Of a DNA stretch of 64,000 nt, positions 30,231 through 38,599 are shown one piece after another. The stretch's first letter is position 1. Every line of letters starts with the position of its first letter. A program made the translations under genes and the position numbers. Source of the stretch: Xanthobacteraceae bacterium (GTDB lineage Bacteria; Pseudomonadota; Alphaproteobacteria; Rhizobiales; Xanthobacteraceae); the NCBI GenBank assembly GCA_049647485.1, contig JBARXT010000197.1, positions 184-64,183 of the forward strand, written 5' to 3'. The notes beneath the pieces are model-generated. The model was given only the letters and a program-made list of their open reading frames with translations. It had not been told where the DNA came from and ran no database searches.

Positions 30231-31436
30231 ATGACCAAGGCTGCGGCCCTCGCCGGCCACAAGAATTCGTTGCGCGGACAGGTCGCCATTGTCGGCATCG
30301 GACTGTCGCCTGTCGGCAAGGTGCCGGGCCGCAGCCCGCTGTGGCTAGCCGCTGCCGCCGCCAAGCAGGCCCTGGCCGATGCGGGCATGCAGAAAAACGA
30401 AATCGACGGCGTGCTGGCGAGCCCGGCGATGGCCGCGCAATTTCATCGCTTCAGCGTCGCCTTCAGCGAATATTTCGGCGTGCAACCGACATTCTCCAAC
30501 ACGTTGCAGGTCTCGGGGGCGACCGCCGCCACCATGTTCAACATCGCGGCGGCGGCCATCCACGGCGGCCTCGCGGAAACCGTGCTGGTGGTCGGCGGCG
30601 ACAGTCTGCTCTCAGGTCTTACGCCGGAACTGGCGCTACGCTCGCTCACCGAAAGCCGCGACCAGCAATACGAAATGCCATTCGGCATTCCGGTCGCCAA
30701 CACCTTCGCGATGACCGCACATCGGCACATGAAGGAATTCGGCACCACCCCGGAGCAACTGGCACAGGTGGCGGTGACGCAGCGCCAGCACGCCGCGCGC
30801 ACCCCCGGCGCGCAGCAGACCGCGCCGATCACCGTCGAGGACGTACTCAATTCGAAGATGGTGACGACGCCCTATCATAAGCTCGACTGTTCGCTGATTT
30901 CCGACGGCGGCGCGGCGTTCGTGCTGACGTCAGCCGAACGCGCGAAAGCGCTCGGCATCGAAAATCCGATCTACATTCTCGGCGGCGGCGAATGCTACAC
31001 CCACGAGCACATCTTCCTGATGCCTTCGCTCACCACCACCGGCGCGGTGCAATCGAGCCGGAAGGCCTATGCGATGGCAGGCTATGGCCCGAAGGACATG
31101 CACACCGCCGGCGTCTATGACTGCTTTACCGGCACCGTCATCATGATGCTGGAAGATCTCGGCTTCTGTCCCAAGGGAGAAGGCGGCCGTTTTGTCTCTG
31201 ATGGTCAGATGACATACGGTGGACAGATTCCCTCCAACACCCATGGCGGGCTGTTGTCGTTCGCACATTCCGGCATTCCCGGCTCGCTGTTCCATTTCCA
31301 TGAAGTCGTCGCGCAACTGCGCGGCGAATGCGGCGATCGGCAGGTCGCGGGCGCCGAACTCGGGCTGATCCACAGCCTCGGCGCCGGATTCGCCACCAAC
31401 GCCACCACCATTCTCGGCACGGAGAACACGTTGTGA
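30231..31436 (+). CDS. Thiolase-fold protein of the SCP-x / lipid-transfer type, apparently lacking the nucleophilic Cys
   Basis: 401 aa. Thiolase-like blocks are present: KLDCSLISDGGAAFVL, YDCFTG, LGFCPKGEGG and NTHGGLLS. There is no Cys in the first 218 residues or so; the usual N-x-C-x-S/T-G region reads LQVSGATAA. Confidence 0.8.
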   Translation: MTKAAALAGHKNSLRGQVAIVGIGLSPVGKVPGRSPLWLAAAAAKQALADAGMQKNEIDGVLASPAMAAQFHRFSVAFSEYFGVQPTFSNTLQVSGATAATMFNIAAAAIHGGLAETVLVVGGDSLLSGLTPELALRSLTESRDQQYEMPFGIPVANTFAMTAHRHMKEFGTTPEQLAQVAVTQRQHAARTPGAQQTAPITVEDVLNSKMVTTPYHKLDCSLISDGGAAFVLTSAERAKALGIENPIYILGGGECYTHEHIFLMPSLTTTGAVQSSRKAYAMAGYGPKDMHTAGVYDCFTGTVIMMLEDLGFCPKGEGGRFVSDGQMTYGGQIPSNTHGGLLSFAHSGIPGSLFHFHEVVAQLRGECGDRQVAGAELGLIHSLGAGFATNATTILGTENTL

Positions 31437-31852
31437 TCTCGCTAGAAGACGCCGCCCGCAAGCCGCTCCCCTCACCCGATGCCGATACCGCCACGCTGTG
31501 GTGCGGCCTGCGCGACGGCCAATTGCTGCTCCAGCACTGCGACGATTGCGGCAACGTGCAGTTCTATCAGCAAGGTTTTTGCCGCCATTGCAGCGGCGAG
31601 AACCTGACGCATCGACCGGCCAGCGGGCGCGGCAAGGTGCATTCCTTCAGCGTCGTCCACCGCGCGCCCGGCCCTGCCTTCAAGAATGACGTGCCCTATG
31701 CCGTGCTGCTGGTGGAACTGGCCGAAGGCCCGCGGATGATTTCAACCTATACCGGCGGCGAGCCGGACGAGGTGAGGTTCGACATGGACGTCGTGCTGGT
31801 CTGCGAACCGGTGTCCGGCGACATCGCCCTGCCCCGTTTCAGGCGGGCCTGA
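31433..31852 (+). CDS. DUF35 protein (rubredoxin-like Zn ribbon plus OB fold), partner of the thiolase-like protein
   Basis: This is the tail of ORF 31328..31852. The GTG at 31433 overlaps the upstream TGA (GTGA). The Cys4 ribbon reads HCDDCGNVQFYQQGFCRHCSG and is followed by an OB-like segment, KVHSFSVVH. Confidence 0.8.
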   Translation: MISLEDAARKPLPSPDADTATLWCGLRDGQLLLQHCDDCGNVQFYQQGFCRHCSGENLTHRPASGRGKVHSFSVVHRAPGPAFKNDVPYAVLLVELAEGPRMISTYTGGEPDEVRFDMDVVLVCEPVSGDIALPRFRRA

Positions 31853-31902
31853 CCTCATTAGCCACTCGACGCGAGTGAGCCAAAAAGACGCTTGGGCATA
31901 AT

Positions 31903-31918
31903 TCTAACAGTTGTTAGA
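31903..31918. promoter_or_regulatory. Palindromic operator copy 5: TCTAACA-GT-TGTTAGA
   Basis: It lies upstream of the dehydrogenase/carboxylase operon (ATG 31991) and is the first of a tandem pair spaced 18 bp centre to centre. Confidence 0.7.
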
Positions 31919-31920
31919 TT

Positions 31921-31936
31921 TTGAACACCTGTTAGA
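31921..31936. promoter_or_regulatory. Palindromic operator copy 6: TTGAACA-CC-TGTTAGA (degenerate left arm)
   Basis: It is the second of the tandem pair and lies 55 bp upstream of the ATG at 31991. Confidence 0.55.
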
Positions 31937-31990
31937 TTGCAACGGCCGGGGCTTGTCCCTAAGCTCGCGCCGCCTTCACCGGAACCTGCC

Positions 31991-33154
31991 ATGGATTTCG
32001 ACCTCACCACCGAACAGCAGCAAATCCTCGATTACGGCAACAGCGTTGCCAGGCAATACGACCGCCGCTACTGGCTCGATTGCGCGGAGAAACGCGAATT
32101 TCCCGTCGCGCTCTATCGGAAGGTGGCGTTGGACGGCTTCGTCGGCATGATGGTGCCGGAACAATATGGCGGCGCCGGTCAGGGCATGACCGAGATGCAC
32201 CTGTTCCTCGAGGGGCTCTCCAACAACGGCATTCCGCTGTTAAATCTCGTGGTCGGCGCCACCATGAGCCTCGGCCTGATCGCCAAATACGGCACCGAGG
32301 CGCAGAAACAGCGTTTCCTGCCCGACGCCTGCGCCGGCAAGACCCGTTTTTGCTTCGCCATCACCGAGCCCGATGCCGGCACCAACTCGATGCGCATCAC
32401 CACGCTGGCGAAGCGCAACGGCAATCGTTTCTCGCTGAACGGCCAAAAGACCTTCATCACCGACGCCGACGGCTCCGACTACGTACTGGTGGTGGCACGC
32501 ACCATTCCGCATACCGAAGTGAAGCGGAAGACCGACGGTTTCACGCTGTTCATTGTCGACCTCAAGGCCAAGGGCGTCAGCAAGCAATACATTCCGGTCA
32601 GCATTCCCGCGCCGGAAACCCAGTGGCAACTGTTCTTCGACGATGTCGATCTCGGGCCGGAAGACGCCATCGGCGAGATCGATCGCGGCTTCGAAATCCT
32701 GTTCAAGAGCCTCAACCCGGAGCGCATTCTGGTCGGATCGATCTGCTGCGGGCTCGGCCGCTACGCGCTCAATCGCGCAGTCGCGTATGCCAGCGAACGC
32801 AAGGTGTTCAACAATACGCCGATCGGCGCCTATCAGGGCCTGCAACACCCACTCGCCAGCGCTTATACCGACGTCGAAATGGCTTCGCTGATGACGCTGA
32901 AGGCCGCGTGGGTGTTCGATCAAGGCCGCGAGGCTGGCGAATTCTCCAACATGGCGAAACTCGCCGCCGCCGATGCCGGCACCAAGGCGGTGGACACCGC
33001 ACTGCAATGCTTCGGCGGCAACGGCTTCACCAAGGAATACGGCATCTTCGACATCTATCCGCTGGTACGGCTGCTGAAGACCGCGCCCCTCAACCGCGAA
33101 ATGCTTCTCAACTACATCGGTGAGCGCGTCATGGGCTTGCCACGCAGCTATTAG
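31991..33154 (+). CDS. Acyl-CoA dehydrogenase
   Basis: From ORF 31937..33154, with the start at MDFDLTTEQ (31991). ITEPDAGTNS, KTFITDA and QCFGGNGFT are present. Confidence 0.9.
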   Translation: MDFDLTTEQQQILDYGNSVARQYDRRYWLDCAEKREFPVALYRKVALDGFVGMMVPEQYGGAGQGMTEMHLFLEGLSNNGIPLLNLVVGATMSLGLIAKYGTEAQKQRFLPDACAGKTRFCFAITEPDAGTNSMRITTLAKRNGNRFSLNGQKTFITDADGSDYVLVVARTIPHTEVKRKTDGFTLFIVDLKAKGVSKQYIPVSIPAPETQWQLFFDDVDLGPEDAIGEIDRGFEILFKSLNPERILVGSICCGLGRYALNRAVAYASERKVFNNTPIGAYQGLQHPLASAYTDVEMASLMTLKAAWVFDQGREAGEFSNMAKLAAADAGTKAVDTALQCFGGNGFTKEYGIFDIYPLVRLLKTAPLNREMLLNYIGERVMGLPRSY

Positions 33155-33166
33155 GACCGTGCCGCA

Positions 33167-34774
33167 ATGGCTGTGATGAAATCCGACATCTCGACGACAA
33201 GCGACGAATATCGCCGCAACCACGAGGTCTATCGCGAGCGCATCGGCGATCTGCATCGGCGGCGTGCTGCCGCTATGCTGGGCGGGCCGGAGCGGGCCCG
33301 AAAGCTGCACAAGGAACGCAAGCAACTGTTGCCGCGCGAGCGCATCGCCGCGCTGATGGACCCCGGCTCGCCATTCCTCGAGTTCAGTCAGTTGGCCGGC
33401 GAAGGCATGTATGAGGGCGTGCCGCCCGGCGGCAGCATCATCACCGGCGTCGGCATCGTCTCCGGCCGCCCGTGCATGATCATTGCCAACGACGCCACCG
33501 TGAAAGGCGGCACCTATTACGGCATCACCTGCAAGAAGCACGTCCGCGCCCAGCACTTCGCCTGGAAGCATCGCCTGCCCTGCATCACCCTGGTGCAATC
33601 CGGCGGCGCCAACCTGCCCGAGCAGCCGAGCATCTTTCCGGATGAGGGTCAGTTCGGCTCGATTTTCTACAACCAGATCCGCATGTCCGGCGAAGGCATC
33701 CCGCAGATCGCCATTGTGCACGGCCCCTCCACCGCCGGCGGCGCGTATATGCCGGCGCTGTGCGACGAAACCGTGATCGTGCGCAATCAGGGCGCGATGT
33801 TTCTCGGCGGACCGCAGCTCGTCTATGCCGCGACCAAGGAAGAAGTCGGCGTCGAGGCACTGGGCGGCGGCGAGATGCACAGCCGCATCAGCGGCGTCAC
33901 CGATCATCTGGCGGAGAACGACAGCCACGCCATCGCCATCACCCGCGATATCGTGGCGAACCTCGGCGACATCCCGCAGCAACGCTGGCAGGTGGCCAAA
34001 CCACGACCGCCGCGCTTCGACCCGAACGAAATCTACGGTCTCGTCAGTGCCGACCCGCGCATTCCCACCAACAGCCGCGATATCATCGCGCGGCTGGTGG
34101 ATGGCAGCGAGTTTCACGAATTCAAGCCGCTCTACGGTGACACGCTGATCACCGGCTTCGCCCGCATCATGGGTTTCGAGATCGGCATTCTCTGCAACAA
34201 TGGCGTGCTGTTCTCCGAAAGCGCGCTGAAGGCGACGCATTTCATCGACCTGTGCTGCAAGCGCGGCATTCCACTGCTGTTCATGGCGGACGTCACCGGC
34301 TTCATGGTCGGCCGCGAAGCCGAAGAAGGCGGCATCTCCAAGCATGGCGCCAAGATGATCACCGCCATGGCCAGCGCCGACGTGCCGAAATACACGCTGA
34401 TCATCGGCAATTCTTACGGCGCCGGCTACATGTCGATGTGCGGCCGCCCGATGAAGCCCAACGCCATGATGATGTGGCCGAACGGCCGCTCCGCGATCAT
34501 GGGGCCGGATCAAGCAGCCAACACCCTCGCCATGGTCAAGGACGAAGCCCACAAGCGCGAAGGTACGAGTTGGACCGAAGTGGAACGCGAAGCCTATCGC
34601 GCGCCGGTGCGCCAGCAGTTCGAGGATTTCGCCAGTGCTTATAACTTCGCGCGCAATATCTGGTGCGACATGGTGATCGACCCGATCGAAACCCGCAACG
34701 TGATGGCGCTCCTGCTCGATCTGGCCGGCCGAACGCCGCCAAAAGACACGCGCGTCGGCGTGCTTCGGATGTGA
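33167..34774 (+). CDS. Acyl-CoA carboxylase carboxyltransferase (beta) subunit, canonical methylcrotonyl-/geranyl-CoA carboxylase type
   Basis: 535 aa. LLPRERIAALMDPGSPFLEFSQLAG, ANDATVKGGTYYGITCKKHVRAQ and PSTAGGAYMPA closely match MCC-beta as I recall it. Confidence 0.9.
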   Translation: MAVMKSDISTTSDEYRRNHEVYRERIGDLHRRRAAAMLGGPERARKLHKERKQLLPRERIAALMDPGSPFLEFSQLAGEGMYEGVPPGGSIITGVGIVSGRPCMIIANDATVKGGTYYGITCKKHVRAQHFAWKHRLPCITLVQSGGANLPEQPSIFPDEGQFGSIFYNQIRMSGEGIPQIAIVHGPSTAGGAYMPALCDETVIVRNQGAMFLGGPQLVYAATKEEVGVEALGGGEMHSRISGVTDHLAENDSHAIAITRDIVANLGDIPQQRWQVAKPRPPRFDPNEIYGLVSADPRIPTNSRDIIARLVDGSEFHEFKPLYGDTLITGFARIMGFEIGILCNNGVLFSESALKATHFIDLCCKRGIPLLFMADVTGFMVGREAEEGGISKHGAKMITAMASADVPKYTLIIGNSYGAGYMSMCGRPMKPNAMMMWPNGRSAIMGPDQAANTLAMVKDEAHKREGTSWTEVEREAYRAPVRQQFEDFASAYNFARNIWCDMVIDPIETRNVMALLLDLAGRTPPKDTRVGVLRM

Positions 34775-34790
34775 TGACGGAGGACGCGCC

Positions 34791-36788
34791 GTGTTCGACA
34801 AAATCCTGATCGCCAATCGCGGCGAAATCGCCTGCCGGATCGCCCGCACCTGCCGGCGGCTCGGCGTCGCCGTCGCCGGCGTCCACTCCTCCGCCGACGC
34901 CGATGCGCTGCACGTGAAGGAGATCGGGGAGTCCATCGCCATCGGCGAGGCAGCCGCCGCCGACAGTTATCTGCGGATCGACGCGGTGATCGACGCAGCG
35001 AAAGCGACCGGCGCGCAGGCGATCCATCCCGGCTTCGGTTTCCTTGCCGAGAACGCGGCGTTCGCTCGCGCGGTGGAGGCCGCCGGCCTCGTCTTCATAG
35101 GCCCGACGCCGAACGTGATCGAGCGGCTCGGCGACAAGGCAATGGCCAAGCAGGAAGCGGACGCCGCCGGCGTGCCGATCATTCCGGGCAGCACCACACC
35201 AAGCGAGGACAAGGCCGAAGTCGAGCGGATCGTGCGCGAGATCGGCCTGCCGGTGATGCTGAAGGCTGCGGCCGGCGGCGGCGGCAAGGGCATGCGCGTC
35301 GTCTCCACGCTCAATGGCCTCGCCGACGACATCGAATCCGCGATGCGCGAAGCTAGGAATGCCTTCGGCTCGGCCGGTCTGATCGTCGAGAAACTGATTC
35401 CGCACGGCCGCCACATCGAAATCCAGATTCTCGGCGACGGCAAAGGAAACGTCATCCATCTGTTCGAGCGCGAATGCACCTTGCAGCGCCGGCATCAGAA
35501 GGTGATCGAGGAAGCGCCGGCGGCGAACCTGCCGGCGGCGCTGCGCGATCGCATGGCAACGGACGCGGTGCGGCTTGGCAAGCGGTTGAACTATCGCGGC
35601 GCCGGCACCGTCGAATTCATCCTGCAGGACGACGCCTATTATTTCCTCGAGGTGAATCCGCGCTTGCAGGTCGAGCATCCGGTGACCGAGGGCATCACCG
35701 GCCTCGACATCGTCGAACTGATGCTGCGCATCGCCTCCGGCGAGGGCCTGCCGCTGAAGCAGGAACAGATCGCTTGCCGCGGTCACGCCGTGGAGGCGCG
35801 TATCTGCGCCGAAGATCCTGCCGACAACTTCCTGCCAAGCACCGGTGACATCGTTCACGTCGGCTTCCCGGCTGGCGATATTCGCATTGAGACCGGTGTG
35901 GAAAGCGGCTCTGTCGTCACGCCCTATTACGATTCGATGCTGGCAAAGCTGATCGCCTTCGCGCCAACCCGCAACGAGGCGCTGGACAAGCTGCGCGGAG
36001 CTGTAGACGCAACCTCCATCTTCGGCGTCACCACCAATCAAGTGTTCCTTGGCGGCCTGCTCGATTGGAAGGCAACGCGCGAGGCGACATTCCACACCCG
36101 ATCGATCGACGAGAATATCGACCAACTCACCGCGATGTCCTCGGACGTGGACCACGAGGCGCTCGCGCTCGGCGCCTGCTTCTGGATGATACGCCAGCGC
36201 GAGGCGGCGACGCGCGATCCATGGCTATCTCGCGATTTGACCGGCTGGCACATGGCGGCGGGCGACGCCGGCCTGTCGCCTATACCGGAACTGCATCTGA
36301 CCACGGCGAACCATAGCGCCGAAATTCGCTTCGCACCCGTGCAGCACGATGGCACGATGACCATCGGCGTCAACGACAATCAAGTGACGGTGCGGCTTGT
36401 TCCGGTCGGCGACGATCGTTTCAGCACCACTCTCGGTGCGCGCCGCGAAATCGTCCGCATCCATCAGGAGCAGAACGCCATTTTCGTCCACGACGGGCGC
36501 GGGGTTCACGCGATGCAGGCGCTGCCCTACCTCAGCTATATCAGTGCGACGGCCGAGACCAGCGGTGATCTGCGTGCGCCGATGACCGGCATGATCCTCA
36601 AGGTCAACGTCGCCGTCGGCGATAAAGTCCATACCGGCGACGTCGCGGCAGTGCTGGAATCGATGAAGATGGAATTGCGGATCGCGAGCGAGGTGGATGG
36701 CGTCGTTACCGCGGTCAACTGCCGTGCCGGTGAAACCGTCGAGCGTAACGCCGTCGTCGTGGTGGTCGAGCCGGAGCCAACATCATAG
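34791..36788 (+). CDS. Acyl-CoA carboxylase alpha subunit (biotin carboxylase plus BCCP)
   Basis: 665 aa. KILIANRGEIACRI and ATP-grasp motifs are present. The C-terminal biotinyl motif reads LESMKMEL (Lys626 codon at 36666-36668). Confidence 0.9.
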   Translation: MFDKILIANRGEIACRIARTCRRLGVAVAGVHSSADADALHVKEIGESIAIGEAAAADSYLRIDAVIDAAKATGAQAIHPGFGFLAENAAFARAVEAAGLVFIGPTPNVIERLGDKAMAKQEADAAGVPIIPGSTTPSEDKAEVERIVREIGLPVMLKAAAGGGGKGMRVVSTLNGLADDIESAMREARNAFGSAGLIVEKLIPHGRHIEIQILGDGKGNVIHLFERECTLQRRHQKVIEEAPAANLPAALRDRMATDAVRLGKRLNYRGAGTVEFILQDDAYYFLEVNPRLQVEHPVTEGITGLDIVELMLRIASGEGLPLKQEQIACRGHAVEARICAEDPADNFLPSTGDIVHVGFPAGDIRIETGVESGSVVTPYYDSMLAKLIAFAPTRNEALDKLRGAVDATSIFGVTTNQVFLGGLLDWKATREATFHTRSIDENIDQLTAMSSDVDHEALALGACFWMIRQREAATRDPWLSRDLTGWHMAAGDAGLSPIPELHLTTANHSAEIRFAPVQHDGTMTIGVNDNQVTVRLVPVGDDRFSTTLGARREIVRIHQEQNAIFVHDGRGVHAMQALPYLSYISATAETSGDLRAPMTGMILKVNVAVGDKVHTGDVAAVLESMKMELRIASEVDGVVTAVNCRAGETVERNAVVVVVEPEPTS

Positions 36789-36827
36789 TTGCGGCGTCGA
36801 CGACGCGAAGCAAACAGGGAGCACGTC

Positions 36828-37589
36828 ATGAGACTGGGCAGCGTCAATTACGAGATCAAAGGCAAGATCGCGATCTTGACTCTGGACGAGCCGACCAAAC
36901 TCAACGCCCTGACCACTGGCATCCGCGAGGGTATACTCGCTGGCTTGGCCCGCGCCGACGCTGATGAGAGCATTCGCGCCGTCATCATCACCGGCGGCGG
37001 CGACAAGGCGTTCTGTGCCGGCGCCGACATTAGCGGCTTTGAACTGGAAGCCGAGAAGGGCCGCAAATTTCTTGCCGCCGCGCTCGATGTGCTGGCGGCG
37101 CCGGAACGCTGCGGCAAGCCGGTGATCTCTGCCGTCAACGGCCTCGCCTACGGCGGCGGGTTCGAACTCGCGATGGCATCGGATTTCATCATCGCGTCCG
37201 ACCGCGCCAAGTTTGCCGTCCCGGAAATCCAGCTCGGCCTGCTGCCCGGTTTCGCCATCGTCCGCCTCCACGACATCGTCGGCCGAGCGAAGGCGAAAGA
37301 ACTCAGCATTCTAGGTGATCCGATCAGTGCGTCGGAAGCCGAACGGATCGGGCTCGTGCTGCGTGTCGTGCCGCACGATACCCTGATGACCGAGGCGCTG
37401 GCCTTTGCCGACCGCATCGCTGCCAAGCCGCGGCTTGCGGTGGCGATGGCGAAATCGTTCTACAACCGCGGCCTTGGCGGCGACGAGATGCGCCATGCCG
37501 TCGACGGCTTCCCTCTGCTGATGATGCATGAGGACGCGCGCGAAGGTATCGCCGCGTTTCGCGAGAAGCGCAAGCCAGCGTTCAAGTAG
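36828..37589 (+). CDS. Enoyl-CoA hydratase/isomerase
   Basis: From ORF 36789..37589, with the start at MRLGSVNYEI (36828). LTLDEPTKLNAL, FCAGADI, GLAYGGG and EGIAAFREKRKP are present. Confidence 0.85.
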   Translation: MRLGSVNYEIKGKIAILTLDEPTKLNALTTGIREGILAGLARADADESIRAVIITGGGDKAFCAGADISGFELEAEKGRKFLAAALDVLAAPERCGKPVISAVNGLAYGGGFELAMASDFIIASDRAKFAVPEIQLGLLPGFAIVRLHDIVGRAKAKELSILGDPISASEAERIGLVLRVVPHDTLMTEALAFADRIAAKPRLAVAMAKSFYNRGLGGDEMRHAVDGFPLLMMHEDAREGIAAFREKRKPAFK

Positions 37590-37598
37590 ACGGCAGCC

Positions 37599-38453
37599 AT
37601 GCAGCGCCGCACCTTCACTGGAGTACAAGGTCAGACATTGGCCGCGGAAGCCGTTGGCGAAGGGCCGCCCGTGCTGCTCGCGCACGGCGGCGGTCAGACC
37701 CGCGCAGCTTGGTCGAAAGTGTCGCGCGCGCTGGCGAAGGCCGGCTATCAGGCCATCGCCATCGATATGCGCGGCCATGGCGAAAGCGAATGGTCGCCGT
37801 CCGGTGCCTACCAGTTTTCCGACTTCGCTGCCGACCTGGTCGCGATCGCCGATACGTTGCAAGACAAGCCGGCCGTGGTCGGCGCCTCGCTCGGCGGGCT
37901 CGCCGGGTTGTTGGCCGAAGGCGAATTGCGGCCCGGCATCTTCTCGTCGCTCACGCTGGTGGATGTCACGCCGCAACTGGAGCCAGAGGGCGTCGCCCAT
38001 ATTCTCGGCTTCATGGCGGCGCATCTCGATGAAGGCTTCGCATCGGCCGACGAAGCCGCAGCCGCCGTCGGTGCCTATCTGCCGCATCGGAAGCAGCGCG
38101 GACCATCGGAGACGCTGGAGCGCTATCTGCGCAAGTGCGACGATGGACGGCTGCGCTGGCATTGGGACCCGCGCTTCATCGCCGTAGCGAACCGGTCGCC
38201 GGAAGATTCGGAAGCGCGATTTATCGCAGCCGCCCGCCAGCTCCGCCTTCCCGTTCATCTGATCCGCGGCGCCTCAAGCAACCTGGTGACGATCGACGCG
38301 GCGCAACAGTTTCTCGAATTCGCGCCGCACGCGATCTATACTGACATCGCCGGCGCCGGGCACATGGTGGTTGGCGACCGCAATGACGCCTTCACCGAAG
38401 CCATCGTCGGATTCCTGCGCGAACAAGCATCGGCCTCGCGCGTGCATTCATGA
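37599..38453 (+). CDS. Alpha/beta-fold hydrolase
   Basis: 284 aa. It has the HGGGQT oxyanion region, the nucleophile elbow GASLGG, and the C-terminal AGHMV His. Confidence 0.85.
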   Translation: MQRRTFTGVQGQTLAAEAVGEGPPVLLAHGGGQTRAAWSKVSRALAKAGYQAIAIDMRGHGESEWSPSGAYQFSDFAADLVAIADTLQDKPAVVGASLGGLAGLLAEGELRPGIFSSLTLVDVTPQLEPEGVAHILGFMAAHLDEGFASADEAAAAVGAYLPHRKQRGPSETLERYLRKCDDGRLRWHWDPRFIAVANRSPEDSEARFIAAARQLRLPVHLIRGASSNLVTIDAAQQFLEFAPHAIYTDIAGAGHMVVGDRNDAFTEAIVGFLREQASASRVHS

Positions 38454-38599
38454 TGTTCGCGTTCTTCGGACCATTTCACCGCCTACGCCCAATATCGCGC
38501 TTGCGTGAAAATCTTGCGCTGGTTAGCTTAACCATCAAAGCCTTCAAAGAAAGGCTGTCACCTTCTCAAGTGCGCCGCTCGCGCGGAGCCGAATTGTAG

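Noticed and set aside
32240-34942. A 900-aa ORF on the minus strand spanning the ACAD and carboxyltransferase genes. It is the longest ORF in the track.
   Set aside because: It runs antisense to two genes with strong family motifs. Its translation is Arg/Ala/Gly/His/Asp-rich low-complexity sequence with no recognisable domain. This is a typical shadow ORF: GC-rich third codon positions on the sense strand suppress stop codons on the antisense strand.
38521-38533. GGTTA-GCT-TAACC palindrome upstream of the ABC/synthetase operon.
   Set aside because: The arms are only 5 bp, there is a single occurrence, and it is unrelated to the main operator. It is too weak to call without comparative data.
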